DNA of 63,830 nucleotides, the filler included, from Bigelowiella natans CCMP2755 (lineage: Eukaryota > Protista > Cercozoa), in the NCBI GenBank assembly GCA_000320545.1. It is 7 parts of 7 records of this genome, joined end to end, with 100 filler letters (N's around TTAATTAATTAA, not from the genome) between each part and the next. Parts side by side here need not be neighbours in the genome. Positions count along the whole stretch, not along the records: positions 38,124 to 43,313 come from ADNK01001401.1; positions 43,414 to 57,505 come from ADNK01001964.1; 5 more parts are not named here. One strand, written 5' to 3'. Positions within the stretch are counted from its first letter, which is position 1, and every line of letters begins with the position of its first letter. Shown piece by piece: positions 42,650 to 57,347 of the stretch. A model generated the notes under the pieces. It was not told the DNA's origin. It did not search any database and worked only from the letters and a program-made list of their open reading frames with translations. Position numbers and translations under genes: made by a program.

Positions 42650-42800
42650 GTGCCGCACCTTGAGAACTCTGCTTTTGCTTGCTGTGCTTCTTATTCTTCT
42701 TCTGGTCTCCTTCATCAACGGCAGCAGCAATAGCAGGATCGAGTCGGCGCAGCTCGTCGAGGTACAACTCCGTCAGCCACGTGCCCACCTGATATGGCAT
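38540..42800 (-). CDS. VPS18: VPS18 (HOPS/CORVET subunit), C-terminal half, many small exons
   Basis: Exons in the expected order: TWLTELYLDEL; EFKRFLEDHYDILD; TTFGLISSHGRSDELVHYA; VHNYLISLL; YDVKSALRLC; EFEEATKVAL; KKLWLLVARHVI; LSIEEVLPYFPDFV; FKSEVVKSLEAYN; IRKDIDEL; RING start RCDLSG...RPFLYFPCG. Confidence 0.93.
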
Positions 42801-43313
42801 TGACGATTTATGATTGATGATTTACGATTGATGACGAGGAAGAGGAGGAGGGGGGGGAGACCACGACAGCGATGATGTTTTTTTTTTTTATAATATTAAG
42901 TACCATTGTGAGCTGCGTTTCTGCCGTTGCTTTGAGAGAGCTCAAGACGAGCAATAAATACGCCTGATGAAGATGATAATGATTATAACGATAATAATGA
43001 TAATAATAATAATAATAATAATAGGGAGAGGGAGGAGACGAGAGAGGAGCAATTAGAGGAGGAGGGGAAAGGGGGGAGGGGAAAGACTACAGACCAACGA
43101 GTTTCATGCGCCCTCATTAATGAGCAAAAAGCCCATCAACCAAGGCGAACAACTTCCCATATCCACTCATCTTCTCCCCTCCCCCCCTCTGCGTCTCCCT
43201 CTCGCTTATTCTATTACGGTTCTGGTTTTTATGTATTTTGGTTCCTTCATTTTGCTTCTGTTTTGGGCGTTTTCTTGGGGGGCTTTGGCTGCGGGGGAGC
43301 AACGGGCGGGAAG

Positions 43314-43413
43314 NNNNNNNNNNNNNNNNNNNNNNNNNNNNNNNNNNNNNNNNNNNNTTAATTAATTAANNNNNNNNNNNNNNNNNNNNNNNNNNNNNNN
43401 NNNNNNNNNNNNN
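43314..43413. other. Artificial contig linker
   Basis: N44-TTAATTAATTAA-N44. Confidence 0.99.
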
Positions 43414-43568
43414 GAAAACGAATGTTACTCCACCCAAGTTACATCAACACGCCCCCCCTTTTTAAATAATCCCACAGGCGCTAAGTCCGGGCACAAATGC
43501 TGGCAGAATGCAAAGAATTACTACTGCATACGGTGATGACGACGAATGGGCACGTTGATGATGATCTA

Positions 43569-43614
<46 letters not shown>

Positions 43615-43967
43615 CCTCTCTCCCCCCCCCCTCACTGACGTTCTCTCCATCTGAGTGCGTGCATGCACACAATTCGACAAGAAGGCCAGAAAGGGCTAGA
43701 TCGTGATATTGAGCATCATCACCATCGTCATGTCATATTGCATCGTTATCATGCAATCTATCAGGGTTCTTCTGAGCTTGCTAAGTTGTTTCGTGTACGC
43801 CGTCCTGGTGATGCCCTCCCTCTCTGTGCTACGACTCATTAGAAAGGTCAAACAGTGGTGAAGGAAAGAAATAGGCCTGCGCGGATGGATAGATGTCGGG
43901 TTTTTTTTTGGGGGGGGAGGGGGGGGTTGAATTCACCTTCCTAGAGCTACGAAGCGAGAGTGTGTGA

Positions 43968-44003
<36 letters not shown>

Positions 44004-44348
44004 GTTCAGATCTGTGGTCTTCGGGAGAGCCATCATCATCATCATTATCATGATGGGAGCGACTGTACGTTGTAGTAGTAGTAGTAGTAGTAGTAGTAGT
44101 AATAGGAGATCTCTGTGCTCACGTGTGTCAATAAAATGCGATGAGATTGATGACAACATGGTGAGTTTTCCGTGGTTTGTTACCGCCCTCCATGCTCTCG
44201 TTCCTTTTTGTCCTGGAAATTATCCAAATGATTATAAATAATGTGATCAAATCCTTCACACCAGACTCCTGCTGCTGCTGCTGCTACAAACAGCCAAAGG
44301 TGTGCACTCGTAGACACGTGTCATGCATACTCTCTCTCTCTCTCTCTC

Positions 44349-44385
<37 letters not shown>

Positions 44386-45535
44386 ATATATATTTGTGGG
44401 TGTGTGTGCGTATATTTGTGTATAAACATTTACTCGGAATAGGAATATATAGCCATAAATACGCACACAAGTCACGCCGATACAGCCCATTTATACAAAA
44501 TAAGCCTAGATTGACGAATTGCTCTTTTCAGGGCACCTTCCTGCCGTACTACAGCTACAAGCAGAGCTGATCGAAGCGTTATAACCGTGGCAGAATCCAT
44601 TTGTGTATTGTTGCAGACGTTCGTTCAATCCCTATAGATCCCCCCGCACATTACCACGTTACTCTCTATATCCACACTATTTCCAACGCGCGGGCCAACT
44701 ATAACAGCGTATGGCACGTGGCTAGCGTTTGGCTACTGCTGCTTGTCGGTATAGCGCATGCATATGAGGTTCGCATTCAAATTTAAGCGGAGCTGTCCAT
44801 AAGGTGCTACGTAGCTATATTCGCGCGATGTAAATGCGTGTATGCTGGTCGAGATAAAGGTGCTATAATAATCCCGACTATTACGTCATTCCTGACAAAA
44901 AGGCGAACGTAATAAACTCCAATGATGCCGTCTATATACATTGCAGACCTGCACAATATCAGGAACGGTGTATGATCTTTATTATAAAATAACTCTGAAA
45001 GATGTGTTCATATAAAGGCTACTATTGCACGCAAAGACGTATTATGCTAAACTGCAATAACTTTACGCATGGCCTTAGTCTTGTAAGAATGTAGTAGTAC
45101 ACGATCCCCCTTTACATGCTGCTGCTGTACGCTAACACGACCGACCTCAACGCTAGTCAAACAAACGACGCACAGATAATGGCGTCTCTCATAAAAAGTA
45201 GACCGCATTGCGTACACACCGCCGCTAGGACAGCTTGGCGCATGTATCCCTGTGCAAATGCGACCCACACATGAATCTACGGCAGCAGCCCAAAGCCTTT
45301 CTGGAATTGGCGGCTTTCGACAACATATGAGCAAGAAATCTGCTATTGCCGCTGACTCCCCCCAGGACGTACTATATCAAAGTGGGACCGTCCAAACCCT
45401 TGATTACCACTACCGCCGTTGCTAGCATTGCCGTCGTCAGTTGGCGCTGGAGGAATAGGAGAAGTAGTGTTAGCATTAGTAGTAGTTGTAGTAGGATGTG
45501 GTCGGTAGTAGTAGTAATAGTAGTACACGTCTCAA

Positions 45536-45633
45536 TCAGCTTTTGCATCTCTCCCATTCCTCTCCCTCCAGGACAGGAGGATAAGGAGCCATTGCGGACA
45601 GACACGGGTATTCTCCGAGTTTTTGGTATACAT

Positions 45634-45673
<40 letters not shown>

Positions 45674-45687
45674 GAACACACACACGC

Positions 45688-45724
<37 letters not shown>

Positions 45725-46091
45725 AGCGGTCTTGACTGCATATTGGCGTAGGTCTTTGTCGTTGAAGACGTTCAGCATGCTGTTCACATGGGCCAGGCCT
45801 GATGATAGAGCACCACCCGTCGTTAGGTAAGTAAGCAAGTAGTACCACAACTACAACGGAAGTGGAGAGTAATGACGACGACGACGGTGACCATGGGAAC
45901 CAATGCTAGGACGATGTGAAGAGGAAGAGGAAGAGGAGGAGGAGGAGGAGGAGGAGGAGGAGGAGGTGGCGGTGGGGGGGGGGGAACTGCTCTACTGCGT
46001 GAAAGCATGTGTCGTGTGTGCATATAAAGAGGCTCACATACCCACAATGGCAACGATAACAGGCTCGGGTGCTGTAGGGGCATGATTCACC

Positions 46092-46127
<36 letters not shown>

Positions 46128-47833
46128 AGATCTTCGGTCAAGGCCACAGTGGCACTCAGCATCTTTAGATCCCGCTGCGTAAATAATACCTGGATGCAAA
46201 GACAACGGGGGGGGGGAGGGAGAGGGGGGAAGGGGGAGAATATGCGAGAGAGAAATATTGGAAGTAGCATGCATATACATGGGTTACTGAAGCTAGGAAT
46301 TAGATGTAAACTGCTCCTCCTCCTTCTCCTTCTCTCTCTGAAATCCTTCCTCTTCGTCGTCATCTTCATCTACTACCTTAAGCACCCGGGGAAGACAGAC
46401 TGCGACGTAGATCAGAATCTAAGCAGATGGGGATAAAAAGGTTAAGGGGGGAGGAGAAAAGGAGGAGGAGGACGAGAAGGAAGAAAAAGAGATGAAATAT
46501 CGAGTAGCAAACCCATCGTTCAATGTTCGCGAGAGTGTCCAACGCCACGTTGTGTTTGGCAGCTACGTTCCAGCTGATATAGAGTGAGTATAGGCTGTGT
46601 ACTATCGTCGCGTTGCGTGATGGGAGGGGAGGGAAGAGAAGAGCAGAAATAACAAGGGGGTGCTGCCTGTGAAAAAGAAGGAGAAGAAGAAGAAGAAGAA
46701 GAACAAGAAGAAGAAGAGGAGGAGGAGGAGGGGGAAGAAGATAGAGAGAAGAGGGGGATGGGGATCGAAGACTACTCGAATGGAAGCTCCGAACTCGCAG
46801 CAAGAGCGAAGAAAAGCGTCAGGAATATTTGTGCAGCCCGTGGTAGTCGGCCCTTCATGCGTAGAAAACAAGCACACGTAGAAATTACTCTCACCAGTGC
46901 CGACGACGACGACGACGACGAAGACAACAACTACCACTACCACTACCACTACTACTGCTGCTACTACTCGTCCTACTACTCCTTCCGAAGCACAGTGGGG
47001 AGAGGTTGTTGCAGGGTAAGAAACAGGTCTTTTCTCAAAGTACGGTGTCCCTGAAAACACGGTGAGTGGAACCCCTACTGCAACCACTACTGCTCCTGCT
47101 ACTACCAATGCGCTCCTCAGCGTCACTGTTCCGTGCTGTGACCTATTTGTGCAACGGACGACGAGCGACCAACGAAGACGACGACAGGGAAACACACAGA
47201 GAGAAAGGGGGGGGGGGGGGGGGGGTGGAGCAAAGAGTAAGGATATGACCCCAAGTCATTCAATATCATCAAAAAGTATTGATAGAAAACAACTTCGCGA
47301 GAGATAAGGAAGGAGAACAGCATTGAAATTGAAGAAGCTAGCGACTCTGTGCAAAAAACATGGAGAGCAAGCTATTCTGACCAGTGGAGTTTGTGGGTTG
47401 ATCTGCCAGGACCAAGGGAATATCTCGCTCCTGGCAAATGCATGGTGGTAGGGGGGGGGGGAAGAGGAGGAGGAGAAGGAGGAGGAGGATGTTTTCCATT
47501 GTTGATGTTGTTGTTGTTGTCGTTTTGCAGTGAGAAAGTATGTTATATAATGGCGAAAATCTCGTTCCTTCTCTCCCTTTCTCTCCCTATCCCTCTCTCT
47601 CTCTCTCCCTCTCTCTCTCTTGCTCTCGCTCTTCTCTTCTTCTGTGCGCTTGTTGCTATTACTAACTGAATGGCAAAATGAATGCTCGAATGACCGAACG
47701 ACTGACAGCTACTACTGCCTCTAGCAGTTAAACGACGACGTACAAAATCGAGTAACCTCTGCCACGTCCATTGCTGCGAGAAAGTCGACGCCCTTTTTCA
47801 AGTGTTGCAAACGTCGTGTGTACGTGTTTGTAC

Positions 47834-47895
<62 letters not shown>

Positions 47896-49613
47896 TACTT
47901 TAGGAAACCCTCTCATATTCCACGTCCTCGACGTCATCGTCATCATGATGATGATCATAGTCATCAGCATCATTATGGGGCACATCATCTTCCTCCCTTC
48001 CACACCACAAAAAGCTTCAGGAACACAGAGAACCTTTTCGAACTCAAGACTTTCCCCAGCACGCATTGTTGTGCTTAGGAGAAGGCCAAGTAACGCTTGC
48101 CTATCGACCGATTACACAAGGCAGGGGGGGGGGGGGTTGAGGGAAGTAGTCAGGCGGAGTGGTAGCGAGGGGGGACAAGTGCAATGGACGCCAATTCCAA
48201 CTGATGCGTGCAGAGAGGAGAAGGACATGTATTTGTCAAGCTACAGAGAAGGATTCTCTTCCTCAATTCTCTCCTGTCGGTCATTAAAAGTTAGTAATGC
48301 CCGGCTCCTTATTGTTCCTTCGTTCTCCCTCCTCTCTAAGTTCGCTGTCCTCGTGGCTTCACCGTCGAAGCGGTAGGAGGTTGTTGTTTTACCCCTTCTT
48401 GGTCTCCTCGTTCGGGTCTTGCAGTATGCGGTTAAATACCTCCCATACGCTCTTTGATCGATCTCGTCGCGTTCCTGGCAAAGATTATGGGGATAAGCAA
48501 GAAGAGGAAGGTGAAGAAGAAGAAGAAGAAGATGATGATGTTCCATAATGCGACCAATACCTTTCCTCCTCGATTGCAGATATAGATACCGATCGAAGTC
48601 CAGCTCCACAACGATATACTTGAGCTGCCTTTCAAGGCGAGGGTCGTAGAGTATATTGTACACCTGCATGATGACGACGAGGAGGAGGACCCAAAACAAA
48701 CGGCCCAGCGGCGGCACCATTATTTTTCAGGAACGTTAAAGATGCGTTCGATAGTGATACAGTGATGATTATCTAGCAGCGGAGAGTTTTAATAAATAAA
48801 ACAGCTTAAATCTCTTTCTCCTCCTTAGATCTACCTCAGTGGCAGAGGTCAAGCTCCCGTGTATCACACCTTGCAGGTACACCTGATGTGGTGTGGTGTG
48901 TGTGTGTGAAGAGTTTCTGGTGGAGATAGGATGAGCTAGAAGAGTAAAGGCAGATAAAACGAGAGTGGGGTGGCCACGTCTTTGTACGCTTGTACCACGA
49001 TCACTTCACACGACAATAAATAGTCGTTATTATTAGAATATGAATAATCGTAACACCAACGCCACCACATGCACGGATTAACATGTGCTCAACGTCGTAC
49101 ATGGCATCCGTTCGACTTGAAATAGCCAACAGTCTCTGGAAGGTCTTCGAGGGGAATCGGAGGCGATGAGGCAGCAGCAGCGGCAACCGTTGCGACAGCA
49201 GCAGCAGATTCAGGACTATTATCGTTCTGCTCGTTCGAAAGAGATGCTACCGGACTCCTTGATTGAAAAACATGTACTTTCCGATCAGGTTTCACCATCG
49301 CTGTCTTCTCCACTCGCGGCGTAGAGAAGATGTTATCCCTAGCAGCCTGAGACCGGGAGCGACGAATCGTCGCGAACAAGTGTGATGGAGCGCCAGAGCG
49401 AGGAAGGACGCTTGCCGTGGTGCCCAAGACATCGCGGCCTGAAGCTTCCTAAAATAGGAAACATCGTCTCGTCAATATCAGATCGTTTGAGGATACGCGA
49501 GAATACTCGAGAATACTACATTATTAATGCTTTAAGCAATTGATGAAATGGCGTCTCACCTGCACCAGGACTACGACTACTACAGCAAGGGCGGCCCTTC
49601 TCCAACGCACCAT
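45536..49613 (-). CDS. TraB/PrgY-domain protein with a putative bipartite (plastid-type) leader
   Basis: Spliced exons give MVRWRRAALAVVVVVLVQ...; CH|VYLQGVIHGSLTSATE|VYNIL...YIVVELDFDRY; GVDFLAAMDVAE|ERDIPLVLADQP; RDLKML; VIVAIVG|LAHVNSM, matching the TraB G-x-x-H, VELxxxR, LxD and VGxxH motifs. Confidence 0.8.
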
Positions 49614-50306
49614 CTTCCTCTCTCTCCTCTTTCTCTTTCGTTCTCTTCTTTCCCTCCTCCCACGGCCCTCCTCAAATCCAGCGGCTGGCCCGTCCTCCGC
49701 AAACGACGCTTGGGGCCGGAAGAGGACAGGGCACGTCACCGCCGAGGAGCAAAATTCAGATCTAATTTGAAACAAGAGATCCGTTTTAGAAAATAAATCA
49801 AGGCGAAAATATACGTGCGACATGAAAATATGAGCAGTTTTGCGTAGCAAACTCACAAGGGCCTCAGCGCTTCCATCTCCTCATGGGGAGTGAGCTGTGA
49901 GTCGATGTGGATAAGAGAGAGAGAGAGAGACAAAGCTATATAACCACGATGGGGATCATCATTATGGGTGGCGCGCTGCTGCAGCTGTGAACTAGGAGGG
50001 CCTTTCTACATATCGGAGACAGCAGGCAGGTCGGTCGTCTAAACAGCCAGCCATCATTGCAAACGTAGGGGAAGTGCAACTGAATAGTTTCCCGAAATGC
50101 TTCTCGATATCAGGTGACACGAATCGATTGCTGTGCAGCAGTCCATAGAGGAGTTACAACGCTTGCAGTTGTTTCCCCTCGTGCTTGTCCGCCCCCCTCC
50201 CCCTGATGGAACAATGGCTTCCGAAGCTCGACGAACTCAGGCGGCAAACGGGTCGGAGCCATGATATTTCGATTCGTTTTGAGGACACATAAGTTGTCCT
50301 CTCTCT

Positions 50307-50789
50307 ATGTCTATCTGCCCCTTTCCCCGTCGTATTGGGGCCGGAAGTAATCGCCCCTTTACAACCATCTCGTGATAGCTCAGTCAATAACTCTCCTTTA
50401 TCTTCCAACGACAGCTGCTGTATCTTTGCTGGTCATCCTGGCAATTGCAGCAGGTGGAATCTGGTTCACGTTCTCCGAGACTTTGGAGAACACGACGGCA
50501 TATAGCGATGACTTCTCCCTGGCTCCTTTGAACTCCGCATCGTCTCGGAGCAATGGTCACAACCCAGCGAAGAACCTCCACACTTCAGAAGCGACAGCAG
50601 CAGCAGCTGCAAAATGTCCGCCGGACCAATCTTCCCAAACGAATTTCCGTGCAGAAGTGTCACAACAGATGCTCAAGCCGTGCGTGGGCCTCACCAATTT
50701 CCCTAAGGAAGGCCTTAACGTCCACGACATCTCTCTCAAAGGGAACTGGACCAAACGAGGGTAGCAAGAGCCGAAGAAATATACATACT

Positions 50790-50826
<37 letters not shown>

Positions 50827-52821
50827 CTACGGCTCTAACAACGAATCGTGAAGTAAGAAGGGTAGGAATAGCTAGGGGAACGATCCTGAGTCCTCGCACT
50901 CATATCTATCTCATCAAAAGCGTCACGAATTATGCTGTGCAGGTACTTCCGGCAGCTCCGCTCAGAGTTTGGCTTTTCGGGAGGGCTGCAGATTCCCAGC
51001 AGTAACAACAACAACAACAACAACAAAAGAGCTTTGCTCGTCGAGGCGAGGAACGGTGGAGAGTTGCTCCCACCAGAGTGCCTAGCCAGCGATGTAGGCA
51101 TTAAATTCGTCGTGTTCATCGGGGACTCAACTGCACGCGGGATGGCGTGGAGCTTCCACCGGCATCTTCGTCAATTTCCTTCGATAAAGACGCTCGATGA
51201 TGATGGCTCACGACATGTGCAGATGGAGTCGCAGCCAGGGGACCACGGGGAGCAGGATGGCAGTGTCGAGGCTCGAGGGAACTTCCTGAAAACCAAGCCC
51301 CACGAGAAGCCGCCAGGCCATCTGCACGTACGAACGTGAAGTGTGTTTGTTAGTATGTGTTTGTGTTATTGTTGTGTGTGTGTGTTTTACGATGGTGCTG
51401 TGCGATAGCAGCAAACAAGCGTCTCTTTTTGTTGCATTCGCATGAATTAAGGCATGTAGTTGCGTAAAGTCCCCCCCCCCCCGATCTCTTTCTCCACGTG
51501 TGCCTTTTCCTTCTAGCGATCGATGAGAAAGCACACATCTCTTTCACACAGAGCTGCTAGCCTGATATTCATCGTTTGGTGTCTCCTGTCCCCCCCCCCC
51601 TCCCCCTGCCCCCTCTGATACAAACAACTTTCCAGGAGCAGGTATGCGAAGCTCAAGGGGGTAGTATCGCCTACGAATTCGTCCAAATGGGCCGATTGGA
51701 CAGGCCAGAGATCCTGAAGCTCCTCAGGGGCTACCAAAGCCTCGGATGTCGAGGGTTGATCTTCTTCGCCGGCGGCCTTCACAATCTTGCATACCAATCC
51801 CGTTTCTACACAGGCAGTCCTGGGGAGATACCCACGGGCAGGGAGTGGAGAGAAAGCATTGCGCCCGACCTCCCTGACGAAACAGGGGCTGTGAGCGACG
51901 CGCTCGATGCCTATTACAAGGCCGGAGAGCTCGGAAAAGACATGGGGGAGGCCCTGTCAGTTCTACTCGCATCGCTGAGGAAGTTCCGCGGCTTCGTAGC
52001 GTCGAGAGCTGCCCCCGTCCCTCTCGCCAGACTGGGCGCTCTCATCGACGACCTGGCGAAGCATGAAGACGGTGTGCGGCAAGGCCGCTCATCCGCCCCG
52101 AGGCCAGTTGCCTTTCCATTCGATCGCCACCAGCAGTTGAGGAAGATGCTGCAAGATTTGCAGCCCTTTAAGTACAGCAAAGATGGCGGCGGCGGCGGCG
52201 GAATGCTCTCCTTTGCTTGGATGACAACCCCCTCCGTGGATTCGACGCTGTACGAGTTGCCCCCCCCCGGCCCCTTCACGCGTCTCGGCCTCCCCCATTT
52301 CTCCAGTCCGGCGCTCTTGAAGAGCTGGGCCATGAGTGACAGGATGGCGGTAGATGAGCTCGGTGGCGAAGCATTCACGCTGGTATATATCCAGATATGT
52401 GTGTGTGTGTGTGTGTTAAATGTGTCATCATCCTTCACCATCCTATCATGTGCTTGCTACACTACGAACGCTATCATCATCGCCAACCTTATCGTGCCAG
52501 CGACTTGCAATGATCATATCCATCAAGTTGACTCCAACATTTAAGACCCGTTTATCATCATCATCATCATCATCATCATCACATCATCATCATCGCTATT
52601 TCAGTCTTTGTTTGTACTGCTGCTCCTAGGTCGACGCATTCGGGGCCTCTAACATATACGGAGGCCTCCGCTGCGATGGGATTCATTACTCCACCGACGT
52701 AGAGGTCGGAATGGAATCCAAATGGGGCTGCCACGGGTTCGTCATCGTGCAGGATCTGATTTTACAGGCGATGTTAAATGGGGTCTGTAAGAAGAAGGAA
52801 GTTGAGTTGCAGTGTTTCTGA
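50307..52821 (+). CDS. Type II membrane SGNH/GDSL-like esterase or O-acetyltransferase (PC-esterase/NXPE/CAS1-like)
   Basis: N-terminal TM (AVSLLVILAIAAGGIWF), FIGDSTAR nucleophile motif, GGLHN, and a final exon with the DGIH (DxxH) motif ending in TGA at 52821; start codon tentative. Confidence 0.8.
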
Positions 52822-53379
52822 TGAAACCCAAGAACAGTTATTCAGTTATTGGTAGATGCTTAGCCGCTATGGTATAACGCTGTTCTAGTGCTATAGCACA
52901 ATGAAAGAGGATTAGACATGCATGCAATCGCAAACGGTGACTAATTTATGTCGAATGAAAATGCACTACCACACTCGATCCTCTCTTCCCAAATGACTTT
53001 GTGTGTTGTTTGCATCTCTTCCACAAGCGCTGGCTCGCATGAGTATTGTCGGCATTCGAGTGCATGTGACGTGTGTTGCAATTATGCTGCATGGTATGCA
53101 TGATTATAATAAGACTTATTACGCTACAGCTCACCAACGGGCGCGAATGCGTTCACCACGGTGTTGTGTTGTAACAACTCAATAAGAGCCTATATCTACG
53201 GACATATTATTTTTTTGGCTATAAGCTATGCAAGCTGCCTTAGCGAAGCTCCATAGCGTAGGAAGCGAGTATTATTATTCGTTGACATTGAAATCTCGTA
53301 CGTATGATGGCTTGACTACGGGCTCACGGTACTACACAAAGTCATTTCTTGTTGAGCATTAATTTACAGCAAGAATATA

Positions 53380-53580
53380 GATTCATCTCATTTCTTACTC
53401 CGCAGCAACTTTGCCAACAGCTATTTACACCTTGTTGCCATCGACGAAGCATCAGTATCTGCCCATGTGGTTCTCCCTTGATGTACTTTCGCGGTTGCTT
53501 CACAACAACTTCGAAAGGCTACTTACCTCCAAAAAACATTGCATGTTTGGACATAAACTATGACCACACACACACACACA

Positions 53581-53616
<36 letters not shown>

Positions 53617-55265
53617 ACTTGACAGAAGTCCACTTCTTTGTTCCTTGGGCAGGGACGATGATTTCGTTGATATTTGATGCAGCTTCCCCGCCCCCTAGCC
53701 CGGAGATCGAGTCATGTTTTACTTGTGACATATCGAGCTGATCCAAGAGGAGAATGAATCACCACAACGTAAAGCAGCAGCCAACAGGGGTCAATGCATC
53801 GAACCTCCGCTTTAATAAAATGCATGCACCCGACACTATTCTCTCCCTCTTCCTCCTCGCCTTTGCCCTCTCTAAATCTAAGTACTCCTACCACGATTTT
53901 CCCTGCCATCACAGTTGAGTCTTGAGAGGTACTTTCAGAACTCTTCAGGATCACGCAGTTCCCGTACTTTTGAGCGAATTCGACCGCTGCTGACGCATCA
54001 CTCAGTGTGTTGCATCTTACCACAGCAGCGGGGCGCATATCTTCTCTCAACTCACTCCACACCGCCAAGCCTCTCCTGTCAGAGGGATGCGAATTACCTG
54101 AGGTCAACGGAGTAGAGTTGGAACGTTGAGCTGAGATCGAAACGGCTCTCTTTCTTGCCCATCATTTGTGCGAACACTGAAAAGTGACAACATCGACGAT
54201 CATGGTATCAACCAGATGTGAAGAACGAGGTAATTGAGTCAGATAGTTGCTCTTGAAGCTTTTCCCACGCCTTCGAGTCGACTAGGCCTTCGCAGCTCAC
54301 CTTCCGAAAGCGCCCCGCATTTACGGTCATTGGCGAGGCGATTTCAGGATCTAAATGAGATTAATGAAGATGTTATAGTTGATGGAATCAGAGGCTGATA
54401 GAAGACGTTATAGTTGATGGAATCAGAGAGGCTGATACTCAGTATTTACTGTTATTTGGACCCGATAATACACCGTATCGCCCGACGCAAATGCCAGCGA
54501 CCAACGCAGCGACGCTTGCAAGGATGAGGACGGCCCAAGGCATGGAGGGATCCATTGCGACGACTCTGTATTCATGGCAACCCTAAGTGAATGTTGTTTA
54601 TAGTCAATTTTCGGATTGTATAAAATTCACACCTAATTTCTCATGATATGAGAGGCGTTTTTTTATCCAACCCTATTCGTTCATTGCAATCGAAAGCCTT
54701 TACCTATCATGTGGGTTGCTGAAACTTGTTCCGAAAATATAAGTGTTGTTGGATCACTCACCTCATTGTGGTACTGGTCAAATGACCCGTAAATAGAGCG
54801 AGGCCTTCTCGGAGACATGATCATTACGCTGACAGTGCGGAAAAACAAAAGCATCAGCATCGCTCGATGGCAAAGCATGCTTCGACAAGGCAAGGGGAGT
54901 GTTTCCGCACTGACCCCATCAACAGCACTCCAACGGTATTTTAAGTCGTGAGGAAGAACCCTCGCTCGCCCTGTCCCCCCCCCGCCCGTCGCAAGGCGCT
55001 CGATTTTATTCGTCACACAGTGCTCGATCAGGGAGTACATGCGTGCAGGAAAAAGAGCACGCTCGAGGCGGTAGTCGCCACGGGTTTTCGCCTCTGTTTT
55101 ACGATATATTGTCATGTCGCAGTCAAAGAACGGCCAGTATTTATCTCTATTTATCGATATTTTCCGGATTTCTCGAGATTTTGAAGCTGGCAGCTACGAA
55201 CCGCCCCTCCCCTCCACTGGAAAATGTCCGTCTCGAGCCTTGAGCTGGTTAGCTCGGACGCCATG
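53380..55265 (-). CDS. Hypothetical multi-exon protein
   Basis: Open exon-like segments (54681-55115, 53712-54107, 53620-53750, 53400-53510) with GT-AG boundaries; no family recognised; limits approximate. Confidence 0.35.
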
Positions 55266-55450
55266 GTGAGGGAGGAAGGGCCCGGATTGGTCGAGTTCGG
55301 CGAGTTGGGGTCAGGGAGGAAGACGCTTGGTGAGGACCGCGATCAAGGTAAGAGTATGCAGAATTTGGTCAGATCGCGCTGATCCGAGTTCCGCCGGATG
55401 TAATCATTAATGCAATTTGGGTAGATGCTGCCAGCGATTTTGAAGACTTC

Positions 55451-56437
55451 ATGCCGGAGGAAGGGAGCAGCAACTCGGAGTTGAAGTATAGAGAGAGTTT
55501 CGGTGATAGACCCGGTGACGACGATGATGATGCTGATGGTCAGAAATACGAGAAAAAATGGGTGAAGTACTTACTCATCCTCGGCAATCCGCCTCCCCTC
55601 ACTGCCCGACAGGTGAATAAAATCTACAATTAAATATTTCACCGTTTCAATAGTGATACGTATACATGCAAACACACACGCACACGCACGCACAAGCGGC
55701 GCATAAGGATGCCATCATCTAGAAGATCCTGAAATGTAAAATAAGTATATCGATATATATTGACGTTGAGGGCTGCTGTGTCGTTGCTCACCAACTCTTC
55801 TTCCCCTCACATATCTACTCCTTGTATTCACTGCAGTGGAAAGTCTTCGGCCTCCTATCACTCGCAGGTTGCATGATTTTCGCATCAATGCTGCCCACAG
55901 AACAGCGCTATTTATGGAATATTCATTTATGATATTATTCGATATAAATCCTAACTTTCAGGGATGATGACCACCTACGATGACACTCTCAAGTCCTGCT
56001 TCACTTTCGAAACATTTTCATCGGGAAGCAGAAGCTGGATTGCAGCAAGAAAGAGAGAAAGGAGGGGAGAGTGGGCAAGGGATTCTTACTGAAGAGATCG
56101 AAGGGGAGAGTGGGCAAGGGATTCTTACTGAAGAGATCGAAGGGGAGAGAGAGGGAGGGAGAGAGAGAGAGTAGTGTGGAAGATGGGAGAAGAGGGGAAA
56201 TGGGCTATGATAATCGATTAAATGCTATTATCCAGCATCATCTCTGTTTCACTGAAACACCACAGGTCAGTTGGTATCGAGCAGATTCAGTCGTCGCTTG
56301 ACATATCAGACGGCAACGTGAGCTATGTAATCGCCATCATTCGTCTCGGAGTCTTGTTCGCCATTCTCCTCAGTCTGGCTGCTGATCGATTTGGACGACG
56401 ACCCATGGTGTCATACTAGTAGTAGTAGAAGTGGTGG

Positions 56438-56468
<31 letters not shown>

Positions 56469-56827
56469 GGCACGAGGAGGAGGATTAGGAGGAGGAGAGA
56501 ATTCATCATGCCGCAGCTACCGTGATAGCATTCAAAAATATGATCTCTTCCCTTTACTTTCACCCCCTCCTTTATCTCCCTTCTTTTCCTTCCTCCTTGG
56601 CTTACCCAGCTGCTGGGAACAATATGCGGGTTCGCCCTAATGAGTGGCGTCACAGCCTTGGCGACGGACATGTACTGGTTCACGTCTTTGCAGTTCTTTG
56701 CGAAGATGTTCCTCCACACAGAGTGGGTGCGAGAGTGTGCGAGTGAAGGAGAGGAGCAAGCGAGGGGGGGAGAGATGATTGACCCAGTAGAAGAGTGGTA
56801 GGGGTGCTAATAGAAATACTTTATATA

Positions 56828-56865
<38 letters not shown>

Positions 56866-57310
56866 TAATGTATTAAGGCTTGATTCTCTTTTTTAGTTTA
56901 TGCGAGCTACAAAATACCAATGCATACGAAACTCCACTTCAATCCCGCCCCCCCCCCCCCCCCCTGCATTTGCCACATAGATACTTACTATCGAACGTGT
57001 CGATATTGGAGGAATTTGACACAGGAACGCGAGGATGGGCGGTGGGCGCTGTAAGCGCGTTGTGTGTTGTTGGTTCCGGGCTCTGTATTATCATGTATGG
57101 TCCAATAGGCACATATTCCTTCGGTGCGTAGTAGTCTCTTGGTCGGTCAGTCTTTCTGTCCAATATGACTTTCGTTGTATCGATGAAGGAAGGACTGGGA
57201 GGAGGAAGGGGAGAGGGGGGGGAGGAGTAGGAGGAGGAGGAGGAGATTACTTTTATCTCAATGCATGCCGCTCTCTTTTTGTGGAATGTGCATGGAATTC
57301 AGAACTATTA

Positions 57311-57347
<37 letters not shown>

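Noticed and set aside
44600-45330. TA- and CG-rich stretch as a solo LTR or ncRNA gene
   Set aside because: No TG...CA ends with TSD, no second copy in the window and no tRNA/snRNA boxes recognised.
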